Shown in pieces: positions 28,179 through 41,039 of a stretch of 64,000 nt of DNA (positions are counted from its first letter, which is position 1; every line of letters starts with the position of its first letter). The translations under genes and the position numbers were made by a program. The DNA is taken from assembly GCA_016748015.1 (NCBI GenBank), contig JAAOMT010000570.1, forward strand, positions 748,043 through 812,042. Direction: 5' to 3'. A model generated the notes under the pieces. It saw only the letters and a list, made by a program, of their open reading frames with translations. It did not search any database and had not been told where the DNA came from. The stretch is from Geosiphon pyriformis uo1 (taxonomy: Eukaryota; Fungi; Glomeromycota).

Positions 28179-31100
28179 GCTAACTCTTCTTCACAAAGTT
28201 TATAGGCTTTAAAAGGTGAGTTGCTATTTCGCGACTTTCTCTAAAGAAAGAGTTTTTTTTTTTAAATTTCATGGGTCGCTAGCTTACAATGAGACTTTTT
28301 ATTATTAACCAATAAGTACCCATTCACATGAGGAAAAATCAAAAAAAAACCGAGAACTCGAATTAAAAAATCTGTGTACTCTATTTTATCCTTAAAACCA
28401 AAACATTTTGTGATATATATATTTATTTTAATTGCAATAATAATAATAATACCGAATTTGGATTTGATTACAATTAATTAAAATATTACATTTATTTGTT
28501 ACAATATTAATCAATATTGTCAATTTAAATCATAATAATAAGCATTTTTTAAAATTAGTAAATTGAATATTTATTGTAATTTTTTTAATGGTAAAATATA
28601 ATAAATATATACCAATCTTGTTTTTTATTTCATAAAAATGTATATAAATTTTTTTTCAATTAATTTAAAAAAACTATAATTTAATGTAAAAATTATTATG
28701 TTCAATTAATTTTTTGATTTAGATAAAAATATTTAATTTTGTGATAATAATTTACAGACAAGAAAAATATTGTTAATATATTTACTTTTTGTAAACAAAA
28801 AACACAGCAATATTTATTTTAATTGTAAACTTAAATATATTTGAAATATAACAAAAAAATATCTATTATAAAATCTTATTAAAAACTTGTTTTTTGGCAC
28901 AAGTAATACATTTTGAAATTTTGTGTTGATTATTTTAAAAAACATATATTAATAAAGCATAAGCTAACTTTTAAAAAAACAATTAATTAAAACATTATAT
29001 TGTGTTTTAATTGCTTTTAAAATATATTTTAACTTTTATTTAATTTATTTTCTGTTTATTATAATTAAAATGTTTTTTAGTTATGTATTTATTTATAGTT
29101 ATTTTATGAAATAAACATTATACATTACAACTTTTACTAAAACAATGTGTTAAAATTTATTGATTAAAACAAATAGTTTATTATTGATTTTAATTAAATA
29201 TGTTATATTTTTTAAATAATTTTAACATATTATTGGTTTATAATAATTATGTTCTTAATGTTTTTTAACTTTATTACAATAAAAGTATTAATATTTAATT
29301 GGTTAAATATTTAATTAAACCAGCTTTTATAAAAGTTCAAAAATTAAGTCATTATATATTAAAACATTAATAATAAAAAAAGATTTTAATAAATTAATAA
29401 TTAAAAAAGCATTAAAATAACAATTATAATATATATTTTTAAAAAAAAATTATAAAAAAAAATTACAATAAAAAATAGTTATATAATTGAAAGTTTTATG
29501 TAAAAATAGTTAATTGTTTATTATTAAATAAATTAAATTTTGGTAAAATTAATTAACTAATTTAAAAACTTTAATAACTGCTTAAAGTTAAGTATTTTTT
29601 GTTGTAATTAAAATAAATTAGACATATAATAAACTTTTAATATTTACAAACTAATTTAAATTTATTTTTAAATATATTAAAAAAAATTATATAAATTATT
29701 ATATATAATAATAATTAAATTTAGATATAAAATTATAAAAAACAATAAATATAATAATTTTACTAAATATAAAAAAACCATATACTTCTTAAAAATAATT
29801 TAAAAAAAAGTTATTAAATTACATAAATTATTTTAAGTTTTCTTTAAATTTAAACAATATGTATTTATTATAATTTAATTAAAAACAATAAATAACAGAA
29901 AAATATCTTAAAAAAAAAATACATACTAATAAAAAAATTTTTTATTATTAAAAAATATATCTTAATATATTAAAAATTATATTTATTTAAAAAATATTTA
30001 AAAATAAATAATATAATATTATATAGTTATAATAATATAAAAAAAGTATTATAATAAAAAACCAAAATAATTATTGATATAATTATTGTTATTATTATAA
30101 AAAACTTTTTAAAAATTATATATAATTTATAAATTACCAAATTTTAATAAAAACATTAACCAAATTACTTAATTACTTATATTTTTGTCAATTAAAAAAA
30201 ATTACAAATTAATTTATTATAATTTTATTACAGATTACAAAAATAATAACACATTAAAATTATTAAAATATAATCTATTTAATAAATTATTTTATATTCG
30301 AATTATAAATCTAAAAATAAATTTATGTAATATATATTAATATTTTTATAATAATTCACAATATAATTTTTATAAGAAAAAAAAATAAAAATTTATTAAA
30401 AATCATTTAGTTAAAATTAAATTAAATACAGCAAAAATATAAAATAAATAAAATAAATAAAAAAATTTAGTAAATAAGTATTTTATAATAAAAAATAATA
30501 TTAATTATTATAATATTAAAACTATTGTTTATTATAGTTATAATTAAGCACAAACGTTTATATTTTATGTTTTGTTTAATAAATAAGTAAGATTTATTAA
30601 TTTAATTTATATAAAATAAATTTGTTTAGTATTTAAGATAAAACAATATATAAACAAATTAATTATGTTTTTAATAAAAATAAAAATATTAAAAAAAAAC
30701 TTAATAATATATAAAATATAATATTTAATATAAAAAAATAATATAAAATTATTATTATTATTTAATTTTATTTGTATTTAATAATTTGTAAATATTATAA
30801 AAATATTGAATTGAATTTTAAAATATTTGAACATATTAAATTTAATAATTTTGAATTAATTAAAAATTTTTATAAAAAAACAAAAATAAATTATATAAAT
30901 TATATAAATTATATTATTAAAATTTTAAAAAATTAAATATAATTAAATTAAATAAAGCTTAATATTATAGTATTTTAATATTAATTTTGTGTTGAAAGTT
31001 TTCTTAAAAAAATTAAATAGTTTACAAAAATACTAATATTTTTTCTTTAAAACAATTATCAAAAATTGTTAAAACTAAGTATTATGAATTTTTTATTTGA

Positions 31101-32855
31101 ATAAAATAATATAACTTTTGGTGTTTTATTTACATAATAATAGTTTTTAAAAATTAAGTCAAGTTTGAAGATTTTTGGTATTTTACTAATAAATTTTTAT
31201 TTATTAAATATTTTTTATAAAAACAAAAATATTAAATTTTTTTAAATGTTAATATTACTAATAATGCTTTTTTGATTAAATAATATTTAGTTTCATAATT
31301 AATAAAATTTAATATTGTTTCTTCATATTTTTAATAAGCTATAATTTTTTATAAAATTAATTTCTTAGAATATTTTTTTTGTCAAATTATTACAATATTA
31401 AATTATTTGTTATAATAAATAAATTACCAATATTTTATTTGTAATACTTTTGGTTATTTTTAGATTATTTACAAAATTGATATTTTATTAATTATTATAA
31501 TTAAAAATAATTGAACTAAATTATAATTATATATTAAATTTAAAATAAACAAATAAATAAATGTTTTTAATAACAAAATTAAAAATTATGATTTATGTAT
31601 TTGCTAAATTTTAATAAATAATTTTATTTAGAATAAAAATAAATTTAGAATTAAATTTGATTATTTTAATTTAAAAACTAATTATTTTTAATTATTAAAT
31701 TTATTATAAAAGATATTTTTTTCTAAATTAAAATTACTTATTTATATACATATTTTTTGGTTTATAAAATATTTTTTAAAAGCTTGTTATTTTCTATATT
31801 ATTTTATTATTAATTATTTAAATATATTTATTTTTTATTATTTTATAATATTAGTAATTTATTGCTATTATTAATTATTTTGTACTATTATATATTATTC
31901 TTTTTAATTATATTTTTGATTATATATTTTTTTATATATAATAGAATTAATCTTTTTATTTAAATATTATTTGTCTATTTAAAATTTTTAAATTTTTTTT
32001 TAGATATTTCTAAAATTTTGAATATTTAATTTTATTATTTAATTGGTTAATTTATTATATAATTATATTAATAATAAATTTTTTTATTTTTTATGAATAA
32101 TAATATTTTAAAACAAAAAAAATAATATTATATTATTGTGATAAAAATTTAAGATAGAATAATAAATTAAGTTTGTAAAAATAAAATTAATTTTATTAAA
32201 TAGTTACAAATAAAAAAATTAAAAAATTTAAATAAAAAACTTAAAAACTATTAAAGATAATATTAATAAACTTAAAAAATACAAATTTAATTAATTAAAA
32301 TAATTTTAATAAAAAATCAAATTCAATTAAACCAAGTTTTATAACTTATTAAAAAACAATAATTATATATGTTTTATATTAAATAATAAAAAAACAAATT
32401 TAATTTTAATATATAATACTTATATAATTAAATTAACAATTTAAAAACAGTTTAAATTAATAATAATTTATTTGAATAAAATAATATAACTTTGGTATTT
32501 TTATATAATATTGGTATTTAGTTTTATAAGATAGTTAAAAAAACTTTTTTTTCTCCTACATTCCAAATTCTCCAAAGAGCACGTTTTTGAAAGAAGTTTT
32601 TTTTTTTGTTTTTTTTTTTTCTACTTGCTATATTTCACTATTTCTCTTACAAATAATCCATTTGTTGTGGATCTGGAAGCTGCTCCTAGCAGTGATATGT
32701 TGAATAAGAAAGCTCCTGTTGGTGCTTTTTTTGGTTCTACTGGTGGTCCCTCCTCTCAAAAGAAAAGGGTTTCCCTTTGCCATATGATTCAGTCTGGTGA
32801 TAAACATAAAGCTGCTTTGGCTAAACCTCATTCTAAAGGAAGTTAATACTCGGAT

Positions 32856-34534
32856 ATGGAAAGTGATTCTGGTGACAGTGTTGCTGATAACATATTGGCT
32901 GGTGGTGGTGATGGTTCTCTTCTCAGCTTGGCTGCAACAACTTCTAAGGCAAAGAGGGTTAAGAATAATTTGGATTGTGGTTCCCCTCTTGGTTTCTTGG
33001 ATTATAACATGGACAATAATGATGGTGGTCCCCTTTTTCCTTCTCTTGGTATCTTTCTGAACAGGATTTGGTTAGACCCTAAAATTATTAAGACTCAAGT
33101 AGAAGTAGCAGTTAAGAAATCTTTTGCTTTGGACATCAATCTTTCGGCGACGTCTAAAACTCAGATCATAAGGAAATTGTTTTCACGAATCAATGGTTTT
33201 GGGGGGGCCACTACCCCCTCAAAATTTAAAGGGATCATCAGATCAACATTCACTTCATCAGAAAGCATGGAAAAGGCCGTCTCATTGGCCAGGGAAAATG
33301 ACATCATAGTAAACAGTAATCTTAAGAGACAAGGAGTTCGTTCAGATTGGGCCGTGGTCATCAAAGAAATTTCCATGAATACATTAAAAGAAATGATCAT
33401 CACCACAGTGTCTAAATTTGGTCAAGTGGTGTCAATCCGATTGCAACTTATTGGGCTGTGGCAAAAGGCTGTGGTGGAGTTTGCTGAATCAAGTCAGGCA
33501 GATTAGTTGGCAGCTAAGTAGTTATTCTTAATTGGGAAAGATTCAGTGCGCGTGGCCAAGGCTGTGCAGGATCATGAGACATGGGTATCTAAAGATTGGT
33601 ATAGAGTGCTTTTGTTTACTTTGCCAGTGGGAACAATGGCTCATAATCTTGGCGATCTTTTGGCGGGGCTGGTGGAAAAACTTGTGTCATAAATTGTTCT
33701 TTAGACACTGGCAATAGGATTCGTTGTGCTGTGATTTGTTTTGAGAATGACAAGGATTTGGAGTCTGCATTTTATACGGAGCCTGTTTTTGGTGGAGTGA
33801 AACTTTCTTGGGTTAGATTGGACCTGGTTCGGTGTGAACGGTGTGGAAAACTTAGTCATTCAGTTCTGGAGTGTGATGCTAAAGTCTCACATTCTCCTAA
33901 ACTTTCCAAGTCATTTAAAAAGGTTGTCTCTAATGAGAACCACCTCCAGTTGGCCAAGCTATATGCAAAAAAGAGTGTGTCTATTTCCAAACCGGCTGCG
34001 TTCGGCGGCAAATCATGGGCCCAGGTTGTCTTTCTAGCATCTTCATCTAATGGTCCTCACTTTGGTTCTGGTCCTGATTTTGGCTCTTTTCCTAGCGCCT
34101 CAGATTTGGTTGGTAACTCGTCTCTTGCAGGTCCTGTTAGTTTGATTTTGGAAACTCGTCTCGCTTCTCTGGAGCACTCTTTGGAACTTTTCACAAATAA
34201 AGTGTCTGGTATTGTTGGCAAACTTGATAGTTTAAGCCTGGTGCCTTTGGCTCTTGCCTCCTCTTTTCAGCCCTTGGTTGCCTCTGGTTCAGTTGATATG
34301 AAATTCAGTTCGGATATGGTTTTGGATGAACCTGATTCTGTGGTTGATTCTCTTTCTTTGATTTCCTCTGGTGTCTTAAGGTTGGGTTCGAGTAGTTCAA
34401 AAATTCTGACTTCAAAAGTGGGCTGCTAGAAGTCAAAAATGGTGGCTCTCAAAGCTTTGGTTAGTTTGGTATTGGAGAAGTTAGATCAGATGTGTGCTGG
34501 CTTAGGTTCTGCAGTCTCTTTTGTACCTCAATGA
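32856..34534 (+). pseudogene. LINE ORF1 (RRM-like regions, CCHC zinc knuckle, coiled coil), interrupted by stops and frameshifts
   Basis: VSKFGQVVSIRLQLIGLWQKAVVEF (RRM-like); CERCGKLSHSVLEC = CX2CX4HX4C. The natural stop TGA at 34532-34534 is in frame with the last fragment. The true start may be near 32697. Confidence 0.75.
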
Positions 34535-37500
34535 ATGATTTAGTATGGAAAATAGCCATGTGTAATGTTAGAGAAATGAACAATTCAGCAAAGCAAAAGG
34601 ACGTTATACATTGGCACAGAGATTTGAACAATTTAGTTTCGATTGTTACTGAGACAAAGTTGAAAGATAAGGTTCGGCCTTGAATTACTACCAAATTTGA
34701 TGGTGTTCGGGTCTTTACTTCTGGTTTGGATTCTGGTTATCTTGGTTTTGGTGTGGCAATTGTCATGAACAATTCTTTGGCAAGGCATATTTTCAAGATT
34801 TCTGAGGTGTCTGGTCGGCTCCTCTCCGTCAGACTTCTCTTCAAAAATAAACTCGGTTTCTGTTTTGGGTCTCTATGCTGGTGCCTCTTCAGATGTTTGA
34901 TTCTCACAGGCTGGCGACATCAATTCTTTGATTGCTAAAGTGGTAAATGAATCATCTTTTGTGGTCTTGGGGGGCGACTTCAATGAGAATGGCATTTATA
35001 AGAGTGCCAGTTTCAAAAAGTGCTTTGATCTGGGTCTGGTTAATGTCTTGGCTAGAAGTGTGCTTGCAAAGACGCCAATATGAGGTAACTCTTATGGTGT
35101 TGTCAAAACCATTGACTATATGTTTGTCTCTTCGAGCTTGATCAATGCTGTAGTAAATCATGGTGTGACTGGTGTCGAGGACTTTTTCAATACTGATCAT
35201 AAGGCTGTTTCTGTTTCTGTGGGCTTAAGTGGCTTGCTTGACTTTTAGCTGAATTTGATGTGCAAGCAGGCTAATAAAGATTGTTGGAAGTTCGATTTTG
35301 GAAATGCTGGCGAGAAAGGGTGAAACAATTTTAAGAATGCTATGTTGGCCAATAGCCTAATGTTCTCGAGTGATTTTGCTGCTTCTGCAGAATCTTCAGA
35401 TTTGGATACTATGTGGGACATTGTATGCAAAGTAATGGTTCTCTCAGCAGTTGGAACATTCAAAAAGAAATGGTTTAAGGGTTATGATAAGGTTTTTACC
35501 AAAAGTTCTTCTAGGTTTCACAAGCTTGAGTTGTTGGTATCCAAGCTGGTCAAGGCATCTCGTTTGTTGTCTAGTGTAAAATTTGCGTCATTGTTGAATA
35601 CGTGAGAGAAGCTCGATGTCAATAGTGCTTTGGTGGTGAAGTCTTTATTTCTTTCAAGTTCCAGTTTTAACAGGATTCACTCAGCTCTGGCTAAGACGAG
35701 GAAGTCTTACCACTTTGCTAAGTTGCTGGAATCCAAACGCACTAAAGAATCTTGTATCAGGGCAGCTATTGATAGAAGGATAGAAAGTTTCAAATCAGAC
35801 AAGGGTCACATTATCAGGAGTGTTTTGGAGCATCCCTTTTGCAAAGTGGTACTGGATCATCTGGTTGTGGGTGACGAGTTGATTTTGGAGCCCAGCTTGG
35901 TCAAGGCTAGAATGAATGGGATCATGAAAGGCTGGACCAGAAAGCGCAAGGTGGTGCCAGATATCTCTGATATTTGGTCTCGCCAGTACATGCCTTTGGA
36001 GCATGTTTTTGATGGTGCATTTTCTGGTGTGATGAGTCCTGTTGGTTTCAATGAGTTGTTTAGTGTGGTTTTTGGTCTGCCTAAGGGCAAGGCTGCTAAT
36101 CTCTCTGGGATTTCAAACAAGCTCTGAAAGCACTGTGACAGATCAATTTTGGACATGTTTTTGGTACTTTTAAATTCTTATTTGATTTGTAAGTCAATAC
36201 TTAGTGCTTGGAAGGAAGCCTGGATCTCAATGATCCCCAAGTCATATGAGTGGGAAGGAGTTCTTATGAACATCTGACCTATTGCATTGATTGAAACTGC
36301 CTGCAAGATTCTTTCCAAGATTCTTTCAGATAGGATCTCGTTGGCTTGTAGTACTTTTAACATTCTGCGTGGAGACAATTTCTTGGTTTTAAAGGGTATG
36401 ACAACCCAGTCTCCTATTTTTGCCATTGGTTCAATTATTGAGGATGCTTTGGAAAAGAATTGTAAGCTCTGGTTGGTTTTGCAAGACATGCAGAAGGCTT
36501 ATAATTCTGTTGGGTGGGAACACCTTTGGGACAGTTTGGTTAAGATAAAGATGTGTCGCAGATTCATTAGGTTCTTTGGCGGCATCCACAATGGTCGCAT
36601 TAACAGAGTTATGACAGATTTTGGTTTGACGGATGGGTACGAGGTGCATGATGGCTTGGACCAGGGGGAGGTGTTTTCACCACTTCTTTGGCACATATTT
36701 TATGATCCCCTTTTGTGTGAAGTTAAGAGACAGGTGGATAGGTGTGGTTATAGATTGAATTTTCATTTTATTTCTGGATGTGGTCGTGCTGAGTCTCGGG
36801 CCGGTGTATCCTCATTTTTCGCAGCGGATGCCTTTGTTGATAATACTATCTGGGTTGGCAGCAGTCAAAGTGCCATACAACACATTCTCAACATTGCTAG
36901 TAAATTTTTCAGTATCAATGACATCTCAATTAATAATGATAAGACTGTTGCCATTCTCATTAATTGTGATGGTACAGCTTCCTCTTTGCTGATCAGCGGG
37001 TCACCCATTTCTATCGCCAAGAAAGAGGAATCGCATCACTATTTGGGGATCTATTTGTCAACTGAGGGTCTTTCGAAGCCTAGCTTGGCTAAAGCACATT
37101 CTGATGTTCAGTTTTTTTCTAATTTAGTCCTGAGAAAGGCAGTATCTGATAAGCAATTTTCATATTTGGTTTTGGCAGTCCTCTTTTCTATCATTGGATA
37201 TAGGACACAGTTTAGTTACGTTCCTATTAGTGCTTGTGGAAAGTGGGACACTTTGATTTATAAGGGCTTGAGATCTAAGTCTGGTTTGCCACGTGATTTC
37301 CCCAATGATGCGATTCATCATTCTTCTCTGTATGGTTTGAAGACTTTTAAACAGATTCAAGCTGAGAGCAAGATGGCTTTGGTCATTTCCTTTGCGAACT
37401 CTGTTGGGATTTTGGGGCATCTATTTTCTTACCGGTTATATAATCTTCAGGTCCTCTGCTGGCACCCACTACATCCTTTGCAGTGTCCGGTTCCTGTCAA

Positions 37501-39217
37501 AGTCAATCCTCTAAACAATTTTCTAGCAGGTGTGGTGCATATTTTCTTTGTGTGTGATTTGTTATTGAGTGGCTTTCTGCCTAATGTTTTTTGTCATTGG
37601 AGTGGAACTCCTATGTCTCTTGTTCTTGGTGAATCAAATTATGTCAAAAGTGTCTCGTCACTTCGGCGTTATGGGATTGCTTTTGTAGACCAGCTATGAG
37701 ACCGAAATGGGGCTGTTTTTGAGTGGAAAACCTTCAAACGGTGGAAACGGTTAGACCCACGTGGTCTGGTTTCTGTTTGGTTTGAGCTGTCGGTTCATTT
37801 TCTTAGTGGTGTGTCTTCTCTTCTTATCTGCTCTACACTTTCGGCTGATCACGGCTCTTCGGATGTTTTTTGGTCTCATGAGTTTGGCATCATTGGTGCT
37901 GGTTTATTCAATTCTAATGTTGGTCGTCTTTCTATTTACACAGATAGATCTCTAAGTGATTTAGGGACTATTGATATGAAAGCTGGGGCTGCTGTTTTCT
38001 TTGAGGACATTGGTATGGGTTTGGGTGTGGGAGTATCTGGTTTGATGTCTTCTACCTTGATAGAACTGCAGGCTATTGCTCTGGTACTTGAGTGCATCCC
38101 TCCTTCTCGCTTGGTCGACTTGTTTTCGAACAGTTAGACTGCTTTGAATGCTTGCAAGTTGGAAATAGAATTGGTTTGCCCAGATTTTAGGAATTGGTGT
38201 TGGATTGAATGCCACCATATTGTTAATGTCATTTGTTGTAAGAATTTAAAAGTTAATTAGTGTAAGATAAAAGGACACTCAGAGATTTTAGGCAATGAAT
38301 AAGCTGATAAGTTGGCCAGGGCTGCAGCTCTCTCTGGTTGGCATCTGCCTCATTTTGTCGATGAATGCTATCTTAGGGGTGGGGGAGCAGCCATTTCTGG
38401 TAATTCTAGACATTTTGTTTGGGATATTTTTCGGTCAGTTCATCGTGCACATTGGGAAATCAGTTGTGGTATGAGGGTGGTGGCGGATAGTCTGCACACA
38501 GATATTGATTAGTTTAGATCGTCACTGGTTTGGCATCCGGATTCTCACATGGCTGCTGGCTTCACTAGCAAGCGGACTGCTGGCTTTCGGACTTACTTTA
38601 TGAAGGCATTATACTATCAGCTCCCTGTTACTGTGCATAAGTGGTTTTATGATAAGCGATACCCCAGTATAATGTGTTTGTTTTGCAGTGATGTCGAGGT
38701 CTCAGACTATGTGTTTTCTTGTTCATTTGATGCCAATGGTCGTGCTCAGTTGTTGAACACTCATGCAGCTGTTTGGGGTGTGCGCTCCAGTTTGGCTCAT
38801 TCTTCCTCAGGTGTCTCGCAGCTGATGTCTACTTGTGTATCTGACATTTCAGTTAGTACTGCTCTATGCAAAGGTTTTGTTTTCAAGGATTGGTTTTGTG
38901 AGTCTGTTTCTGTCTTCAAGGACTCCAGGATAGCAGGTCAAACTATTGTGGCCTTTGTGCATAAGTTTAGCTTGGCTTTTTGGGAAGATATTTGGTTGGT
39001 TCATGCCAAGCACTGTGCTTTTATGGAAAAGAATGAACTTATTCCGTGCAATGGGTCAGTTCCTGTCTCGATTTCTGGGCTTTCTTTAGGGCTGTCATCT
39101 GATGTGACTCGGCTGCTGAGTGTTGCTGAGGTGATTGGTGTCAGTTTTAGATTCCATAAGTCTTGTTTGTTTTTTTCTGGCATAGGAGGTGAGATTTCTG
39201 TTCATATAGGTGCTTAG
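34531..39217 (+). pseudogene. LINE ORF2 (AP endonuclease, reverse transcriptase, RNase H, C-terminal Cys cluster), disrupted
   Basis: APE motifs CNVR, ETKL, GGDFNE, IDYMF, TDH. RT motifs PIALIETACKILSKIL, LQDMQKAYNSV, GLDQGEVFSPLLW, AFVDNT, YLGIYL. RNase H motifs IYTDRSL, ELQAI, KGHS, GNE*ADKLA. Cys cluster CLFCSDVE. Confidence 0.9.
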
Positions 39218-40824
39218 TGTTGTCCTGATTGGTCCGAGTGGCTGGTCACGTGTGAATAATGCATGATTCACACCTAGTTTAGATCATTTATATAATGTAT
39301 TGTGCTAGGCAGTATTTGGACTTTGCTCGTTAAATGTTAATAAAAAAAAATAAGATAGTTTTAAAAGCTTAATATTTTATGTTTTTTTTATATTATTTTG
39401 TTATTATAAATTATAATTTATTATTTTATATTATTTTATATTGTTTTATATTGTTTTATATTTTTACATATTAATTTTTATTATTACATATTAATTATAT
39501 TTTTTTTGTAATTAATTAGTTTTTTTACTTAAGTATTAATAATTTTAAAATTAAGTTTTTGTAAAATTGTAAAATTTTCTTTTAAATTTGTCAAATTAAT
39601 ATAATATTAATAATTATTTTCTGTAACTTTTTATAATATTTTTAACAAATAAAATATTTATTATTAAGTTTAATAAAATTGTAAAACAGTATTAAAAATC
39701 TGAATATAATCAAAAAATTATTTTATATTATAAAATTAAATTACTTTTTCTTATAAATCGTTTTATTTATTATAAAACAATTTTATTAAATAGATAATTT
39801 ATTTTGTTTAAATATGATAACTATATATAATTATTGTTTTTTAATTTTATAATAACTAAAAATTAATAAAAAACCTTTTTTTTATAAATTAAAAATTTTA
39901 AAAATAATTTCTTTAGTTTTTGGTTTGTAAGTTATTTATAATTTTTTCCAGTTTTTTACTATTTTATTGTTGTAATTTGTTAATATTTTTGGTTTTGGTT
40001 TATAGAATTAAAAACAGTTAATTTTAATTAAATTCTTGTTTTTTATTTATTGGTTTATATTAAATAATTTTTTTGTTAATTATAATTTTTAGTTTTAAAC
40101 AATTATTAAAAAAGATTGAAAATTTTCTTTTAAATATTTATAATATTAATGTTTTTATGATTTTTTATTAAGTTGTTTAATATTTATACATTTTTAAATT
40201 TTGTAATTCAATTTTCTTAATAGAAACTATGTTTTATTATAATAATTAATTCTAAATTTTATGAAATTTTGTTAAATTTAACCAATAAAATTTGTATTTT
40301 TAATTAAATTATTTGTTGTTATTAATAATTAGTTTGTATAATAAAATTTTAATCGATTTTATGTACTATTTTTTTAGAATTTTGTTTTTTAATTACAATT
40401 TATAAGCTTTATTTTTTAAGATTTTATAAAAATTTTATTTAAAATTAAAATTTTTATTCTATTGTTTTTTTATTTTGGTATAATGTAATAATATTTTGTT
40501 TTTAATTTTGAATTTAATAAATTAATTGAATAATTAATTATTATACTTTTTTTTTGTTGTTTTATAATTATTCAATATTATTTCTTAATTGTTTTTTAAA
40601 GTTATAATAAGTTAATAAATTTTTCTTAAAAAGATTATTCCAAAATTTTTTTGGGTAATTGGCTTTTTTTTGGTATACTAATTTAAAAAAAATAAACTAA
40701 ATACTATTTTATTTTATTGCTTAATAAGCAAATAATACAAACAAATTTCATTTATTGTTTATTTTTATTAATTTTTTATACAATATTAATTAAAACATTT
40801 TACTAATTTATTGGTTTAACAATA

Positions 40825-40861
<37 letters not shown>

Positions 40862-41039
40862 CTTTTATTTTAAAATATTAAATTAATTTTGCAAAAGTTT
40901 TATTTATAAAATAAGTTTTTTTAATTTTATAATAGTTTTTTTAAACATTTATATTAACATATCAAATTTTAATGTGAATTAAATCTTGTTAAAATTATAT
41001 TATTTTTATTATAATATCTTCATTAATAAAAACTAGCAG

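Larger units (their letters stand above)
32537..39350 (+). mobile_element. Full-length, inactivated non-LTR (LINE) retrotransposon with ORF1 and ORF2 (APE-RT-RNase H-Zn), polyA and TSD
   Basis: TSD TAAGATAGTT at 32527-32536 and 39351-39360; AATAAA running into an A-tail at 39339-39350; domain motifs as listed in the two pseudogene features. Confidence 0.92.

Noticed and set aside
39228-39246. tRNA A-box-like TGGTCCGAGTGG in the LINE 3'UTR
   Set aside because: No B-box or cloverleaf; not callable as a tRNA or SINE head.
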